Source of the DNA: Alkalispirochaeta sp.
Lineage (GTDB): Bacteria > Spirochaetota > Spirochaetia > DSM-27196 > Alkalispirochaetaceae
Reading direction: 5' to 3'
Length of the DNA stretch: 64,000 nt
Assembly: GCA_965242725.1 (NCBI GenBank)
Contig: CBDESZ010000018.1
Span: 256,001-320,000 of the forward strand
Shown piece after piece: positions 50,773-61,219 of this stretch. The translations under genes and the position numbers were made by a program. A model generated the notes under the pieces. It searched no databases. It saw only the letters and a program-made list of their open reading frames with translations, and had not been told where the DNA came from. Each line of letters starts with the position of its first letter. The first letter of the stretch is position 1.

Positions 50773-50800
50773 ACTTCTGATAATGGATATTCTGTCTACT
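50773..50800 (+). other. Candidate dif (Xer recombination) site
   Basis: ACTTCTGATAA-TGGATA-TTCTGTCTACT: 11-6-11 layout resembling Firmicute dif (ACTTCCTAGAA-TATATA-TTATGTAAACT), in an AT-rich intergenic region. Confidence 0.6.
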
Positions 50801-50856
50801 AAGATTTTTTATCTTTTTCTTCGAGCGACCGAACTACGATATATGAGGCAAAACCA

Positions 50857-51744
50857 ATGAACGACAACCCCACCTGGCATGTACATGAATCAACCCTGAA
50901 CTCCCTCGAGTCGCACCGTCGTTCCGACGAGACGGCAGATTTCGCGCTCTACGCCTCGATCATACGACGCCTCCGCGCCCCCGACGGATGTCCCTGGGAC
51001 CGCAAGCAGACCCTGCAGTCTTTGCGGCGGTATATCGTTGAAGAAGCGTTCGAACTCATCGCGGCAATACAGGACGGTGACCGGAACGATATAGCCGAGG
51101 AATTGGGCGATGTCATTCTGGTTACATTTCTCATCGCCGGAGCTCTCGAAACCGAGTCAGGGATCACCATCAGTGAAGTTCTCAGGGAAAATGGAGAAAA
51201 ACTGATTCGCCGTCACCCCCATGTATTTGGCGACACCACGGTAAATGGGAGCGACGACGTCGTCCGTAACTGGAATGAAATCAAGGCGAACCACGAGGGA
51301 CGGTCGGATTCACCCCTTTCAGTAAGCGCCGGCCTTCCGCCCCTTGAACGGGCCCAGGAAATTCAGAAAAAGGCATCGAAGCTCGGATTTGACTGGGACA
51401 GTGTCTTTCCCGCCCTGGAAAAGGTTCGGGAAGAACTGAATGAACTGGAGACACTTCTCGCCGGGCACGATGTTGAAAACAACGCAGCCTCCGTCAGGGA
51501 CAATCCGGACGTGGAAAAAGAGATCGGTGATCTTATCTTTTCCACCGTAAACGTGGCGCGGCACCTGAAGTCGGATATCTCCGTCGCCCTTTCCCGGTCA
51601 AACGAGTCATTTCTGAAACGTTTCGGTCATATTGAGTCATCCCTTTTCCGCGACGGGAAATCCTTTCATGACGCAACGCTTGAAGAACTGGATGACCTGT
51701 GGAACGAGGCAAAAACACTGGAACCCACCGACGGAGGTTCCTGA
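50857..51744 (+). CDS. mazG: Nucleoside triphosphate pyrophosphohydrolase MazG
   Basis: LRAPDGCPWDRKQT, EEAFEL, EELGD, KLIRRHPHVFG, GFDW, EIGDLIF. Confidence 0.95.
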   Translation: MNDNPTWHVHESTLNSLESHRRSDETADFALYASIIRRLRAPDGCPWDRKQTLQSLRRYIVEEAFELIAAIQDGDRNDIAEELGDVILVTFLIAGALETESGITISEVLRENGEKLIRRHPHVFGDTTVNGSDDVVRNWNEIKANHEGRSDSPLSVSAGLPPLERAQEIQKKASKLGFDWDSVFPALEKVREELNELETLLAGHDVENNAASVRDNPDVEKEIGDLIFSTVNVARHLKSDISVALSRSNESFLKRFGHIESSLFRDGKSFHDATLEELDDLWNEAKTLEPTDGGS

Positions 51745-51770
51745 ATATGCAAATGCACCGGGTCAACCTG

Positions 51771-54287
51771 TTACAGCGCCAGCGTTGATTCCGCGTTGGG
51801 AAGATTTTTATAAAATTGGAACAGACGCAAACCCTGCTTGTCCGCTCCTCCATCTGTTTCCGGCACTTCGGCGAACATCGCCTCACGGTGAGCGGTCACG
51901 ATACCGCGCTCCGGCAGCTCCTTGATTATGCGACCGAGTCCGGGTGCGTCTACCCCGAGAAATACGGGACGCCCCACTTCGATACTGTATTGTTCGAGGA
52001 TTTCTTCGACGGCACTCCCCACCGAATCTTGATCGTCTCCGTCGCGTGGTCGGCCGTCGTACCACGAGAGACGGTAACGGGATCCCCCGTAACGCTGCAT
52101 GGGAGCGGGGATTCGCTGAGAACCTTTCTCATGGTGTAACAAAATCAACTCAATAACTTCCATCCCGTCGGGGAAAATGTCGTTCATATTGCGACAGTAT
52201 GTCTCAAGGTGTATGGAATTTTGTAAATTGACAATTGCGATTTCGTCTTCGCTTGAACAGCCCAGCGGAAGGGGTTGTCCGAAACTCATTTTCGGCTTCG
52301 CGTGATAGCCCTGAGTCAGTGCGAGAGGTAATTGCAGGCGGCTCCATATTCGTTCAAAGGTCCGAACCATGGAGAGATGGGACAGAAACGACGCGCTTTC
52401 CGTTTTTCGGTAGTTAATGACCAACTGATAACTCCGGCCGTGACGCTCGCCGGAGAGCTCTGTTTCCTTCCCGTTCGACACGGCAGGAGGCGTTATCGGT
52501 CCAATATCCCCTCCTCCGCCCTCCACCTCCCGGACTGAGACCGCCGTGTTGCATACGCCGCAGGGTTCCCCGCACCCGTCGACACAGCGATCGGTAAGGT
52601 CGATATTTCGGCTTCGTGCCTGTTCCCTCTTCAGGTAGCTCTTCGTCACATTGAGTCCCACGCCGTCCCAGGGTAACTTTTCGTCCTGCATGAATGGTCC
52701 GAAGGATTTCAGGAGTGAAGAACGACTGTCATGACTATCGACGAGTCTTTTCCATAACGATATATCGGTAAACTCGCCCCACGCGTCCAGCCGCGCCCCC
52801 GCCGCATGGGCTTCAAGAATGAGCGATCCCGTATCCTCATTGCCTCGGCTCAGCATTCCTTCCAGCCACGAGTTTTCAGGATCGTGTGCCCTCAGCTTCG
52901 CCCCGCGGGGAAGGGACTCCCTGAGATCGGCAAAGATCGCCCGCGCCGTATCCGGCGCCATTTGACGCTCCCACTGGAACGGGGTATGTGGCTTTGGTAC
53001 AAAGGTCCCGACGTTCACGATGTATTCCATCGGGACTTTCCTCCGCAGTTCACTGACGAAACGGACAATTCCCTCACCCTCGTTCCCGCCGTCGTGGGGA
53101 AGTCCAACCATAAAATAGAGTTTTGCGTGGCGCCATCCACGGGCTCGCGCTTCCGCAGCAATCTCCGCGACCCGTTCCAGCGGTACCAGTTTGTTTACCG
53201 AACGCTGAATCAGCTCATCAGCCCCTTCCACGGCAAAGGTCAGACCCGACCGTTTTCCCCTTGATACCAGTTCCAGAATAGAAAGGGTTATCGAGTTCAC
53301 CCGCAGGGACGGAAGGGAAAAGGAAACTCCCTGTGTGGAAAAAATGTCGGTCAGACGGGTAACGAGTCCCACCAGGTCGGTGTAATCGCCGGTACTGAGA
53401 GAGGAAAGAGATATCTCCCGGTATCCCCTGTTCTCAACGAGCCACCGCACCTCTTCTATGATCTGTTCAACGCTTTTCATACGGTACGGCCGGTAATAGA
53501 CGCCGGCGTGGCAGAATCTGCATCCCTGCGGGCAGCCACGCATAATCTCGACCACCCCGTGATCCTGGACAACCGGTATGGTCGGCACCGGGAAACCCGC
53601 CCCGTAGGAATGAATCCGGCCGTTCCCGAAACCGGTCCACACTGAACGTCTGACCTTTTCCTCTTTTCCCGGGTACCATATGGATTCATGGCTTCGAATA
53701 TGGTTGAGAAGATCCTCCCGACGGGCGCCCCGACGCTTCATGTCTACGAGGACGGCGACCATTTCCGGAAGAACGCCCTCGGCCTCTCCGATAAAGACGG
53801 CATCGGCAAATTGCCCGAGAGGGGCCGGGTTTGTAGCTCCCGGTCCACCGAGGATCACGATCGGGTCATTTTCCGACCGGAGGGAACTTCGCAGCTCAAT
53901 ACCACCGCTCCGCAGAATTGTAAGAACATTTGTGGCAAGGAGCTCGTATCCGTAGGAGACGGCGATGATATCCATCTCGTGAAGGGGCGTTCCGCTTTCA
54001 AGGGTGTACAACGGCACCTTTGACGCGGCGAGAGCCTGCTCAAAATCGGGAGCCGGCGCAAAGACTCTCTCGCAAGAGACGCCGGGGATGGTGTTCAGAA
54101 GCCCGTACAATATCTTAATCGCCGTATTTGACATTCCCACCTCGTAGAGGTCGGGAAATGTTACGGCTACACGCAACGGGGCATCATCTTTTACGATGCT
54201 TCCCCACTCTCCACCGACGTATCGCCCGGGGTTTTCCACCCTCTGCAGCAGTCGATAGAGGTCTCTATACGGTGTTATTTGTGCCAC
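51771..54287 (-). CDS. B12-binding radical SAM protein (TIGR03960-like) fused to a DUF2344/TIGR03936-like domain
   Basis: PGRYVGGE, FPDLYEVGMSN, EIMRGCPQGCRFC (CxxxCxxC), KLYFMVGLP, FVPKPHTPFQW; C-terminal FLSHL...GYHAKPKMSFGQPLPLG. Confidence 0.85.
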   Translation of the reverse strand: MAQITPYRDLYRLLQRVENPGRYVGGEWGSIVKDDAPLRVAVTFPDLYEVGMSNTAIKILYGLLNTIPGVSCERVFAPAPDFEQALAASKVPLYTLESGTPLHEMDIIAVSYGYELLATNVLTILRSGGIELRSSLRSENDPIVILGGPGATNPAPLGQFADAVFIGEAEGVLPEMVAVLVDMKRRGARREDLLNHIRSHESIWYPGKEEKVRRSVWTGFGNGRIHSYGAGFPVPTIPVVQDHGVVEIMRGCPQGCRFCHAGVYYRPYRMKSVEQIIEEVRWLVENRGYREISLSSLSTGDYTDLVGLVTRLTDIFSTQGVSFSLPSLRVNSITLSILELVSRGKRSGLTFAVEGADELIQRSVNKLVPLERVAEIAAEARARGWRHAKLYFMVGLPHDGGNEGEGIVRFVSELRRKVPMEYIVNVGTFVPKPHTPFQWERQMAPDTARAIFADLRESLPRGAKLRAHDPENSWLEGMLSRGNEDTGSLILEAHAAGARLDAWGEFTDISLWKRLVDSHDSRSSLLKSFGPFMQDEKLPWDGVGLNVTKSYLKREQARSRNIDLTDRCVDGCGEPCGVCNTAVSVREVEGGGGDIGPITPPAVSNGKETELSGERHGRSYQLVINYRKTESASFLSHLSMVRTFERIWSRLQLPLALTQGYHAKPKMSFGQPLPLGCSSEDEIAIVNLQNSIHLETYCRNMNDIFPDGMEVIELILLHHEKGSQRIPAPMQRYGGSRYRLSWYDGRPRDGDDQDSVGSAVEEILEQYSIEVGRPVFLGVDAPGLGRIIKELPERGIVTAHREAMFAEVPETDGGADKQGLRLFQFYKNLPNAESTLAL

Positions 54288-55597
54288 TAGTACTGATACC
54301 TATGCTGATAAATACTCATGAGAAGCCCCACCCCGATCATCGCCGTCCACAATGGCGAACCGCCATAGGAGAGAAAATAGAGGGGGAGCCCCGTAATCGG
54401 CATGATGCCTACCGCCATGCCGACGTTCACGATGAAATGAATGAAAAACAGTCCAACGAGACCGGAGCTGAGCGAACAGGAAAAGCGGTCCCGTGCGGAT
54501 GCCATTACATACATGCCGCGTCCGATGATAATCAGGTACAGCGTCATCACCGCGATCACTCCGATGTAACCGAACTCTTCGGACAGAATTGAAAAAATAA
54601 AATCCGTACTTTGCTGAGGAAGGTACCGGTAGTGACTTTGAGTCCCCATGAGATAGCCCTTCCCGAACAGTCCACCCGAACCGACGGCGGTGACCGATTG
54701 AATGATGTTCCAGCCCGCTCCGCGAGGATCGATATAGGGGTCCATAAAAACGATGAGACGCATGATCTGGTATTCCTGCAGGACCTGCTGCGCCGCGTAC
54801 GAGACGGGGACCGCGATGGACACCATGGTGAGCAGATAGACTATCCACAAGAACACGCGCCTTCTGGTGAGAAAGAAGCCACCCAGAGCGACAATCAATG
54901 CCACGGCGAAACCTGCGAGCAGCAACTGCATCGCCCCGGCATCGCGAAAGACATCGACCAGAACGTGGTGCGTTTCGGAGATATACTGATCCCATAACGG
55001 CAGCAGGGTGAAAACGATGGTAAAGACTCCCGTGCCGAGAAGGAACAGTATGTGACTCAAACGCGCACCTGCTGCAAAGGCGACAAAGAGAAATAGCGGT
55101 ATATACACCATCGACGTCCCAAGGTCGGGTTGCATCAATACCAGAAGGGTCGGCACGGCGGCTATTCCGAAACCGGTGAGAAATCCCTTGATCGAACGTA
55201 CCCGCTGGGGATCGTCCCCGTAAAAGCGTGCGAGGGTGATGATGAGAACGATTTTTGCAAACTCCGAAGGCTGGATTCCCAGCGGCCCGATACCGATCCA
55301 TCGCCTCGCGCCGTTGACGACCTTGCCGAAAAAGAGTGTGAAAAGCAGTACCGCAATCATTCCGATGAACAGGATCGGCGCGGGTCTCCAGAGGACGCGA
55401 TAGTCGATAAATGTGACGACCACAAGCAGAATCAGACCGGAGACCGCCCATCCGATTTGCCGCAAATACTCGGTACTGACAACCTGCCCCGTCGCGGTGA
55501 CACCACTTGAAAAAATAAACAGTATTCCGATTACGACCAGGACAATCGTCGCGGCGATCATATAAAAATCTGTCTCGAAAATGGAGCGTGAGCGCAT
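54287..55597 (-). CDS. rodA: Rod shape-determining protein RodA
   Basis: GARRWI, IQPSEFAK, QPDLGT, AVGSGG, TDFIFS, PITGLPL, SYGGS. Confidence 0.95.
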   Translation of the reverse strand: MRSRSIFETDFYMIAATIVLVVIGILFIFSSGVTATGQVVSTEYLRQIGWAVSGLILLVVVTFIDYRVLWRPAPILFIGMIAVLLFTLFFGKVVNGARRWIGIGPLGIQPSEFAKIVLIITLARFYGDDPQRVRSIKGFLTGFGIAAVPTLLVLMQPDLGTSMVYIPLFLFVAFAAGARLSHILFLLGTGVFTIVFTLLPLWDQYISETHHVLVDVFRDAGAMQLLLAGFAVALIVALGGFFLTRRRVFLWIVYLLTMVSIAVPVSYAAQQVLQEYQIMRLIVFMDPYIDPRGAGWNIIQSVTAVGSGGLFGKGYLMGTQSHYRYLPQQSTDFIFSILSEEFGYIGVIAVMTLYLIIIGRGMYVMASARDRFSCSLSSGLVGLFFIHFIVNVGMAVGIMPITGLPLYFLSYGGSPLWTAMIGVGLLMSIYQHRYQY

Positions 55598-55615
55598 GTG
55601 TTTACCCGTTCTCCG

Positions 55616-57472
55616 TTACATATACCAAATCGGCCGCGGTCCGCGTCTGAGATCCGCGACGGCGTCTTCAAAGCCAAGTCCCTTGAAATACCCGTGAAGA
55701 ATGATGTTTGCCGCCTTCGGAGCCCACCACTCCCATTCGTTCGATGCGTCAACCATGACGACCAGGACGATCTTGTCTTCCACCGGAATGTCCTCTCCGT
55801 ACGGTGCGTAGGCGACAAACCAGCTCGTCCAGTTTGTGTCTGATCCGACTTCTCCGGTACCGGTCTTTCCCGCACTCTCCACCGCATCGGTGGTTATGAC
55901 CACATTTGCCGTCCCTTCAGTTATGACAGAGCGCATCGCCTCACGAACGGACCGCAGCGTCTCGGACGAAATATCCGACTCCCGAATGATTTTCGGACTC
56001 CGCCGTTCGATGAGACTTCCCGTGATGGGGTCTCGAACTTCCTTCAATACCATCGGCTGATAGGCTACGCCGTTGTTGACGATGGCGCCAACCATCGACG
56101 CCAGCTGAATCGGCGTCACCTGCAGGAAACCCTCACCGATGGACATGTTGACGGTATCCCCGCCTACCCAGTGCGTGTTATACCGCTCCTCTTTCCAGGA
56201 GGGAGAGGGAACCAGGCCGGAGATCTCCCTGGGCAAGTCAATTCCCGTCGCCCTTCCAAGGCCGAGGCGGCCGGAATAATCGATGATCTGGTCTACCGAG
56301 AGGTATTGACTGCCCATTGTCCAGAAATAGACGTTGCATGACTGTGCCAGGGCATCGTACAAATCGACGGGACCATGGCCGTATTCAAGCCAGTCATTGA
56401 AAACACGGTTCCCATAGGGGAATGTACCATCACACACAACCGTCTGATGGCGATCAATGGCATCCTCTTCGAGAATGGCCGTCGTCATGAGAATTTTAAA
56501 AGTCGACGCCGGGGCGGCGGCGGACTGAATCGCCCGGTTGAGAAACGGTGCCCGGCGATCATTTGTAAGACGGCGTACATTTACATTCCCTTCCGGTCCG
56601 GCAAACTGATTTGCGTCAAAACTCGGATAGTTGTACAGCGCAAGTACTTCGCCGTTGGAGGGGCGCAACGCGACCACCGATCCCACACGGGGCCCCAGCG
56701 CTGCCTGGGCGAGGCGCTGCAGCTCAATATCTATGGAGAGCACCAGCTGAGACCCTTCTTCCGGCGGTATCAGCTCTTCTTCATCGCCGACACGGTTCCC
56801 CCTGGCATCAACGGTCCGATACCTGATACCGTCCTCGCCCCGCAGCAGCCGGTCGTACTGCTGTTCTATACCGCTTTTGCCGATCACGCTGGTCGACGTG
56901 TACCCCTCGTTGAAGAGAACCTGCAATTCCTGAGGCGTAATTTCGCCCACGTATCCGACGATGTGAGACGTCGTATCGCCGTACGGATACGTCCGTTCAG
57001 GTTTTGTATACCAGGAAATGCCGGGAAAATCCTGAATCCGTTCGGCAATTTTGGTCAGGTCCGCCAGCGAAAGGCCGGAAATGATTTCCACATGTTCCGC
57101 GGGCGTCCCCCGTCTGCGGCGCACCCGCTCAAGCATCGGTTCGGCGTCACGGTCTATCAGCTCTGCAATCGAAGTGATGACCGTATCAATTTCACCGGTA
57201 GGAACATCGGCGGGAACGATAGTCACCGCAAAGGACGTGCGATTGGATGCGAGGGCGTTCTGACCCGTTCTATCAAGGATTTCGCCCCGGCGGGCAAATA
57301 CCGGTTCGCTGCGGCTCGCATTCTGTCGTGCCCTGAGCAGATAGAGATAGTTGTCCAGCACCTGAATTTCAAAGAGGTGAACCGCATATCCCAGGAATAC
57401 GGAACCCACAAGAAATGCCAGAATGAGAACTCTCGTTTTCGGTATTACCGGTTTTCTCTCTACCGCACTCAC
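55616..57472 (-). CDS. mrdA: Penicillin-binding protein 2
   Basis: RGEILDR, GKSGIEQQYD, ASTFK (SxxK), SCN (SxN), GKTGT. Confidence 0.95.
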   Translation of the reverse strand: MSAVERKPVIPKTRVLILAFLVGSVFLGYAVHLFEIQVLDNYLYLLRARQNASRSEPVFARRGEILDRTGQNALASNRTSFAVTIVPADVPTGEIDTVITSIAELIDRDAEPMLERVRRRRGTPAEHVEIISGLSLADLTKIAERIQDFPGISWYTKPERTYPYGDTTSHIVGYVGEITPQELQVLFNEGYTSTSVIGKSGIEQQYDRLLRGEDGIRYRTVDARGNRVGDEEELIPPEEGSQLVLSIDIELQRLAQAALGPRVGSVVALRPSNGEVLALYNYPSFDANQFAGPEGNVNVRRLTNDRRAPFLNRAIQSAAAPASTFKILMTTAILEEDAIDRHQTVVCDGTFPYGNRVFNDWLEYGHGPVDLYDALAQSCNVYFWTMGSQYLSVDQIIDYSGRLGLGRATGIDLPREISGLVPSPSWKEERYNTHWVGGDTVNMSIGEGFLQVTPIQLASMVGAIVNNGVAYQPMVLKEVRDPITGSLIERRSPKIIRESDISSETLRSVREAMRSVITEGTANVVITTDAVESAGKTGTGEVGSDTNWTSWFVAYAPYGEDIPVEDKIVLVVMVDASNEWEWWAPKAANIILHGYFKGLGFEDAVADLRRGPRPIWYM

Positions 57473-57477
57473 ACCGT

Positions 57478-57969
57478 CTATCGCTCCTTTTCCAGTAATC
57501 CGACCAGTACGTGAAGCAAAGCGAAAAGAGGAACCCCGACAACCGCCGTCATTCCGATGTTGCCAAGGGTTTGAAGAGAAAAAATTCCCCCATAGAGGTG
57601 ATCCAATGAGAAGATCACGGCGATAAATGCCATTGTGGCATAACGGATTATTGATGCTCCGAACAGGAGGACAAACGACGTTACCAGGGACTCGCCGTGA
57701 ACCGCTCCCCTGGTGATACCGATGATGGCAGAATGGGCGGTACGAAGGAGGGCATGAAACCCGAAAGGAGAAATACTCAGGGCATCCTCAATGATTCCGA
57801 CAATGAAGCCGGATATTTCTCCCTTCCGCGTCCCCTCCCGATGGGCAAGAAAGGTGAGGACGATCAGTACAATATCGGGGCGAAGTCCGAACAGGGAGAT
57901 ATCTCGAAACCAGGTAGTACCAAGGAACGCCGCTGCTGCAGCTATTCCAATAAGAACGAATTGAATCAT
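57478..57969 (-). CDS. mreD: Rod shape-determining protein MreD
   Basis: Hydrophobic, RPDIVLI, GIIEDALS; between mreC and mrdA; GGAGG RBS. Confidence 0.87.
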   Translation of the reverse strand: MIQFVLIGIAAAAAFLGTTWFRDISLFGLRPDIVLIVLTFLAHREGTRKGEISGFIVGIIEDALSISPFGFHALLRTAHSAIIGITRGAVHGESLVTSFVLLFGASIIRYATMAFIAVIFSLDHLYGGIFSLQTLGNIGMTAVVGVPLFALLHVLVGLLEKER

Positions 57970-57976
57970 TGTTCCG

Positions 57977-58804
57977 TCACCTCCCACCGGTGAGGACAAA
58001 AACGTACTCAAGCTTGTCAAAGTCGATTACCGGATCCACAGCAACGTGGAGAGACGTCTCATAGGACGGAGCGGTTACTCTCGTTACCGTGCCTATGGGC
58101 AGTCCCGCCGGAAAAATCGACTCCAGACCCGATGTTACGACAAGGTCGTCGTACTGGACTTCATTGCGGCGCTGCCGTTCCAGGTATCGAAGAATCAACG
58201 GATCGTCTGGTTGGCCCGTACCTTCTATGAGGCCTTCATGCCTGGAGCGTTCCATTCGGGCCGCGACATATGAACCGGCGGCAAAGACCGGAAGAACGAT
58301 GGCGGTACCACCGGATACCTCGTGAATTCGACCTACCAGTCCCTGTCGACCTCCGATGTACGCAACGACCGCCTGCCCCCGCCGAACACCATTTCTTCTT
58401 CCCTGATTAATGGTAAAGGAAGAAAAAAGGCGTCCTGATTCTTTTCCTATCACCTGTGCGGCAATACTCGGCACTTCCATGCGGGAGGCAAAGCCGAGCT
58501 GCTCCCGAAGACGGTTATTCTCGGCACGCAACGTTTCAATACTTCCTTCAAGACGCCTGTACGCTTCAATTTCGTCCAGAAGGATTTCGTATTCTTCACG
58601 GAGCCGGCGCAATTCCCCGACCGAGCGCAAGGTACCGTCGACACTCCGTTCCACGGCGCCAAAGACACGCTGAACCCCGGATACGACGCCGAAGCTGATC
58701 TCCTCGGGACGGAATCCACTTCCGTCTCTAGTAATTCCGATCAGTGTCAGACCCAGAACGATCAGAAAAACAGTGGTCGCCAGAGTTCGTCGGGGCTGAT
58801 TCAT
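57977..58804 (-). CDS. mreC: Rod shape-determining protein MreC
   Basis: ENNRLREQL coiled coil, GLVGRI, VVTSGLESIFPAGLPIG. Confidence 0.93.
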   Translation of the reverse strand: MNQPRRTLATTVFLIVLGLTLIGITRDGSGFRPEEISFGVVSGVQRVFGAVERSVDGTLRSVGELRRLREEYEILLDEIEAYRRLEGSIETLRAENNRLREQLGFASRMEVPSIAAQVIGKESGRLFSSFTINQGRRNGVRRGQAVVAYIGGRQGLVGRIHEVSGGTAIVLPVFAAGSYVAARMERSRHEGLIEGTGQPDDPLILRYLERQRRNEVQYDDLVVTSGLESIFPAGLPIGTVTRVTAPSYETSLHVAVDPVIDFDKLEYVFVLTGGR

Positions 58805-58807
58805 CTA

Positions 58808-59845
58808 TTACAGATTTCGGTAGATGTTATTTTCGTGGCGCAAGCCTTTCTCGTATTCAAAATACATTCCGGCTCCCAGGGCAACACAGTTCATCGGGTC
58901 TTCGGCCAGAAAAACGGGTACGCCCGTCTCGTTGGCAATCAGCGTATCCAGTCCCTTGAGAAGGGATCCGCCGCCGGTGAGTACAATTCCCCGCTCTACA
59001 ATATCGGCGGCAAGTTCCGGCGGCGTTTGACCCAGGGTGCGTTTTATCTCTTCAACGATCGCCGTGATCGGCTCCTGCAATGCGTCACGAACCTCAACAC
59101 TGTCTATTTCAAGTCGCCGGGGTAGACCGGTTATTGCATCGGTACCCTTGATTTCCATTTTCTCTATCTTCTTGTCCGCGGTCGCGTTTCCAATACGCTT
59201 CTTGAGATCTTCCGCACTGCTCTCGCCGATAATGAGATTGTGAACCTGACGGACGTGTTTTATGATCGCTTCGTCAAACTCGTCTCCCCCGAGGCGAATC
59301 GCGTTGGTTACGACCATACCGCCCAGGGATATCACCGATATTTCACTGGTGCCGCCTCCGATATCGCAGATCATGTGTCCCGCCGGTTCAAAAATCGGAA
59401 TATTCGCGCCTATAGCGGCCGCGAGAGACTCGTCGATGACGCGCACCTCCCTGGCACCGGCCTTTTCCGCGCTCTCAATAACCGCGCGTTTTTCCACGTC
59501 TGTAATACATGAAGGTACGCCGATGACCATTCTCGGCTTGACGAACCATCGACGTTGAAGGACTTTTGATATGAAGTACCGGATCATTTTCTCCGTCGTC
59601 TCAAGGTCCGCTATTACCCCGTCCCGCAGCGGGCGGATTGCGATAATATCTCCGGGCGTCTTCCAGAGCATGCGCTTTGCTTCCTCACCAACGGCAACTA
59701 CCTTCTTGGTCCCCCGCTCCACCGCGACAACTGACGGTTCACTGGCGACGATTCCCTTACCACGAATATATACAAGGGTATTACATGTACCCAGGTCGAT
59801 TCCGATATCTGATGAAAATGCGGATAGCAAGCTTTTTTTTGCCAT
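58808..59845 (-). CDS. mreB: Cell shape actin-like protein MreB
   Basis: [42 protein letters not shown]. Confidence 0.97.
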   Translation of the reverse strand: MAKKSLLSAFSSDIGIDLGTCNTLVYIRGKGIVASEPSVVAVERGTKKVVAVGEEAKRMLWKTPGDIIAIRPLRDGVIADLETTEKMIRYFISKVLQRRWFVKPRMVIGVPSCITDVEKRAVIESAEKAGAREVRVIDESLAAAIGANIPIFEPAGHMICDIGGGTSEISVISLGGMVVTNAIRLGGDEFDEAIIKHVRQVHNLIIGESSAEDLKKRIGNATADKKIEKMEIKGTDAITGLPRRLEIDSVEVRDALQEPITAIVEEIKRTLGQTPPELAADIVERGIVLTGGGSLLKGLDTLIANETGVPVFLAEDPMNCVALGAGMYFEYEKGLRHENNIYRNL

Positions 59846-59873
59846 GTGTCAGCGTCCCTCCAGGTGTAGTGTG

Positions 59874-60821
59874 CTAATCATCCTGTAAACGTTGTAAAGA
59901 TTCAATATGATTCGGATTAAGTCGGACCGCTTCCCGCCACTCGTAACGCGCGAGGTTTGCGTCGCCCATGGCGAAATACGTTTCTCCCAATCCAAAATGG
60001 CCGTCGGCGGACGCCGGGTGCAGTTCTATCAGCTCTTCGTACACGGCTACCGCGTCATCCCATCGTTCCTGTCGTCGCAGAGATTCACCAAGCGATAAAA
60101 GGGCGTGGCGCAGCAGAGAACCGTCATTTGTCTCTTCCCGCGCTTCCAGAAGGAGGCGCTCCGCCCCGTCATAGTTCCCGATATTGTTGAGGAGATCGGC
60201 AAGACTCACCTTGTGGACGGGAGAGCCGCCCATCTCTATGGCTTCCTCATAGTATGCAATCGCGTCGTCATACAGTTGAAGAGATTCCGATGCAAGTGCA
60301 AGGTATTCAAGCAGATCCAACTGAACGATCCCCATGTCGCGGGCACTCCGGAGATGTTCTATCGCCGTATCATAAAAGAAGCGTCCCCGGTGAAAAAAGG
60401 CTTTTCCAAGAACGTAATGAACTTCTCCCTCGTGGGAAATCTCCGGCAGGAGGAGGACCCGCTGAAGGTCCTGGACGCTCCCGACGAGATTCTCGTGCCG
60501 CTCCTCTTCCGAGACTTCTTCCATCGCCAGATAGAACCGACCGAATCCGCGCAGAGTGAGTGCCGTCTCGTTTACCGGCGCCTGGGACAACCGGACAGAC
60601 GCCTCCGCAACGAGGGCATCATACTCGCCGTTATTCCAGAGGGCAATAAGATCAACGGTACGTTCCGATTCTGCGAGCGGCAGAATGGGAGAACGCGAGC
60701 GAAGAAGAAAGACCCCTCCGGTAACGGCTCCCGCGGCGACGACCGCGGCAATTATAACGACAGGAAGTCCGCTGCGTCGTCGACGAGTTGTCGTGGTGAA
60801 TCGTGATTCAGGCAGTCTCAT
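59874..60821 (-). CDS. Membrane-anchored TPR protein
   Basis: N-terminal TM after RRRR; repeated TPRs (YVLGKAFFH, HFGLGETYF). Confidence 0.78.
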   Translation of the reverse strand: MRLPESRFTTTTRRRRSGLPVVIIAAVVAAGAVTGGVFLLRSRSPILPLAESERTVDLIALWNNGEYDALVAEASVRLSQAPVNETALTLRGFGRFYLAMEEVSEEERHENLVGSVQDLQRVLLLPEISHEGEVHYVLGKAFFHRGRFFYDTAIEHLRSARDMGIVQLDLLEYLALASESLQLYDDAIAYYEEAIEMGGSPVHKVSLADLLNNIGNYDGAERLLLEAREETNDGSLLRHALLSLGESLRRQERWDDAVAVYEELIELHPASADGHFGLGETYFAMGDANLARYEWREAVRLNPNHIESLQRLQDD

Positions 60822-60860
60822 GAGTGATACCCGTCGTACGAATCATGAACCAGAAAAGAT

Positions 60861-61203
60861 GAAACGAGGGGTCGATAAGCCGGATTCTGTCGTGGGTTGT
60901 CATCTCTCTTGACCGTCCCTTCCGACGGTTCATAAGCAACCTACCCGCAGATTACGGACAAGCGATCCATCTGCTGCTTGGTCTTGCTCCCGGTAAGGTT
61001 TACCATGACGCCCTCCATTGCTGGAGAACCGGTGGGCTCTTACCCCACCGTTTCACCCTTACCCGTTCCTCACGGACGGGCGGTATCGTTTCTGTGGCAC
61101 TATCTCTTGCGTTTTCCAACGCAGCCGGGTGTTACCCGGTACCGTGCTTTCCGGAGTCCGGACTTTCCTCCCCCGTGGGGGCGACAACCTGACCCCTCGT
61201 TTC
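60861..61203 (-). ncRNA. rnpB: RNase P RNA (type A)
   Basis: Minus strand has GAGGAAAGTCCGGACT near the 5' end, GGTAAACC and GAGCAAG internally, ACAGAATCCGGCTTA near the 3' end, and terminal pairing GAAACGAGGGGTC/GACCCCTCGTTTC. Confidence 0.96.
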
Positions 61204-61219
61204 AATTTATCTCGGTATT

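Noticed and set aside
1284..52915. KOPS (GGGNAGGG) polarity as support for the dif call
   Set aside because: I saw only a few instances (1284, 12623 and 52908, all on +), and the last lies on the wrong side; too few to be informative by eye.
17270..57514. Long antisense or alternate-frame ORFs (e.g. 17270..18265, 22636..23916, 54300..55451, 56375..57514)
   Set aside because: They overlap well-supported genes, lack recognisable motifs, and are expected from codon bias in GC-rich DNA.
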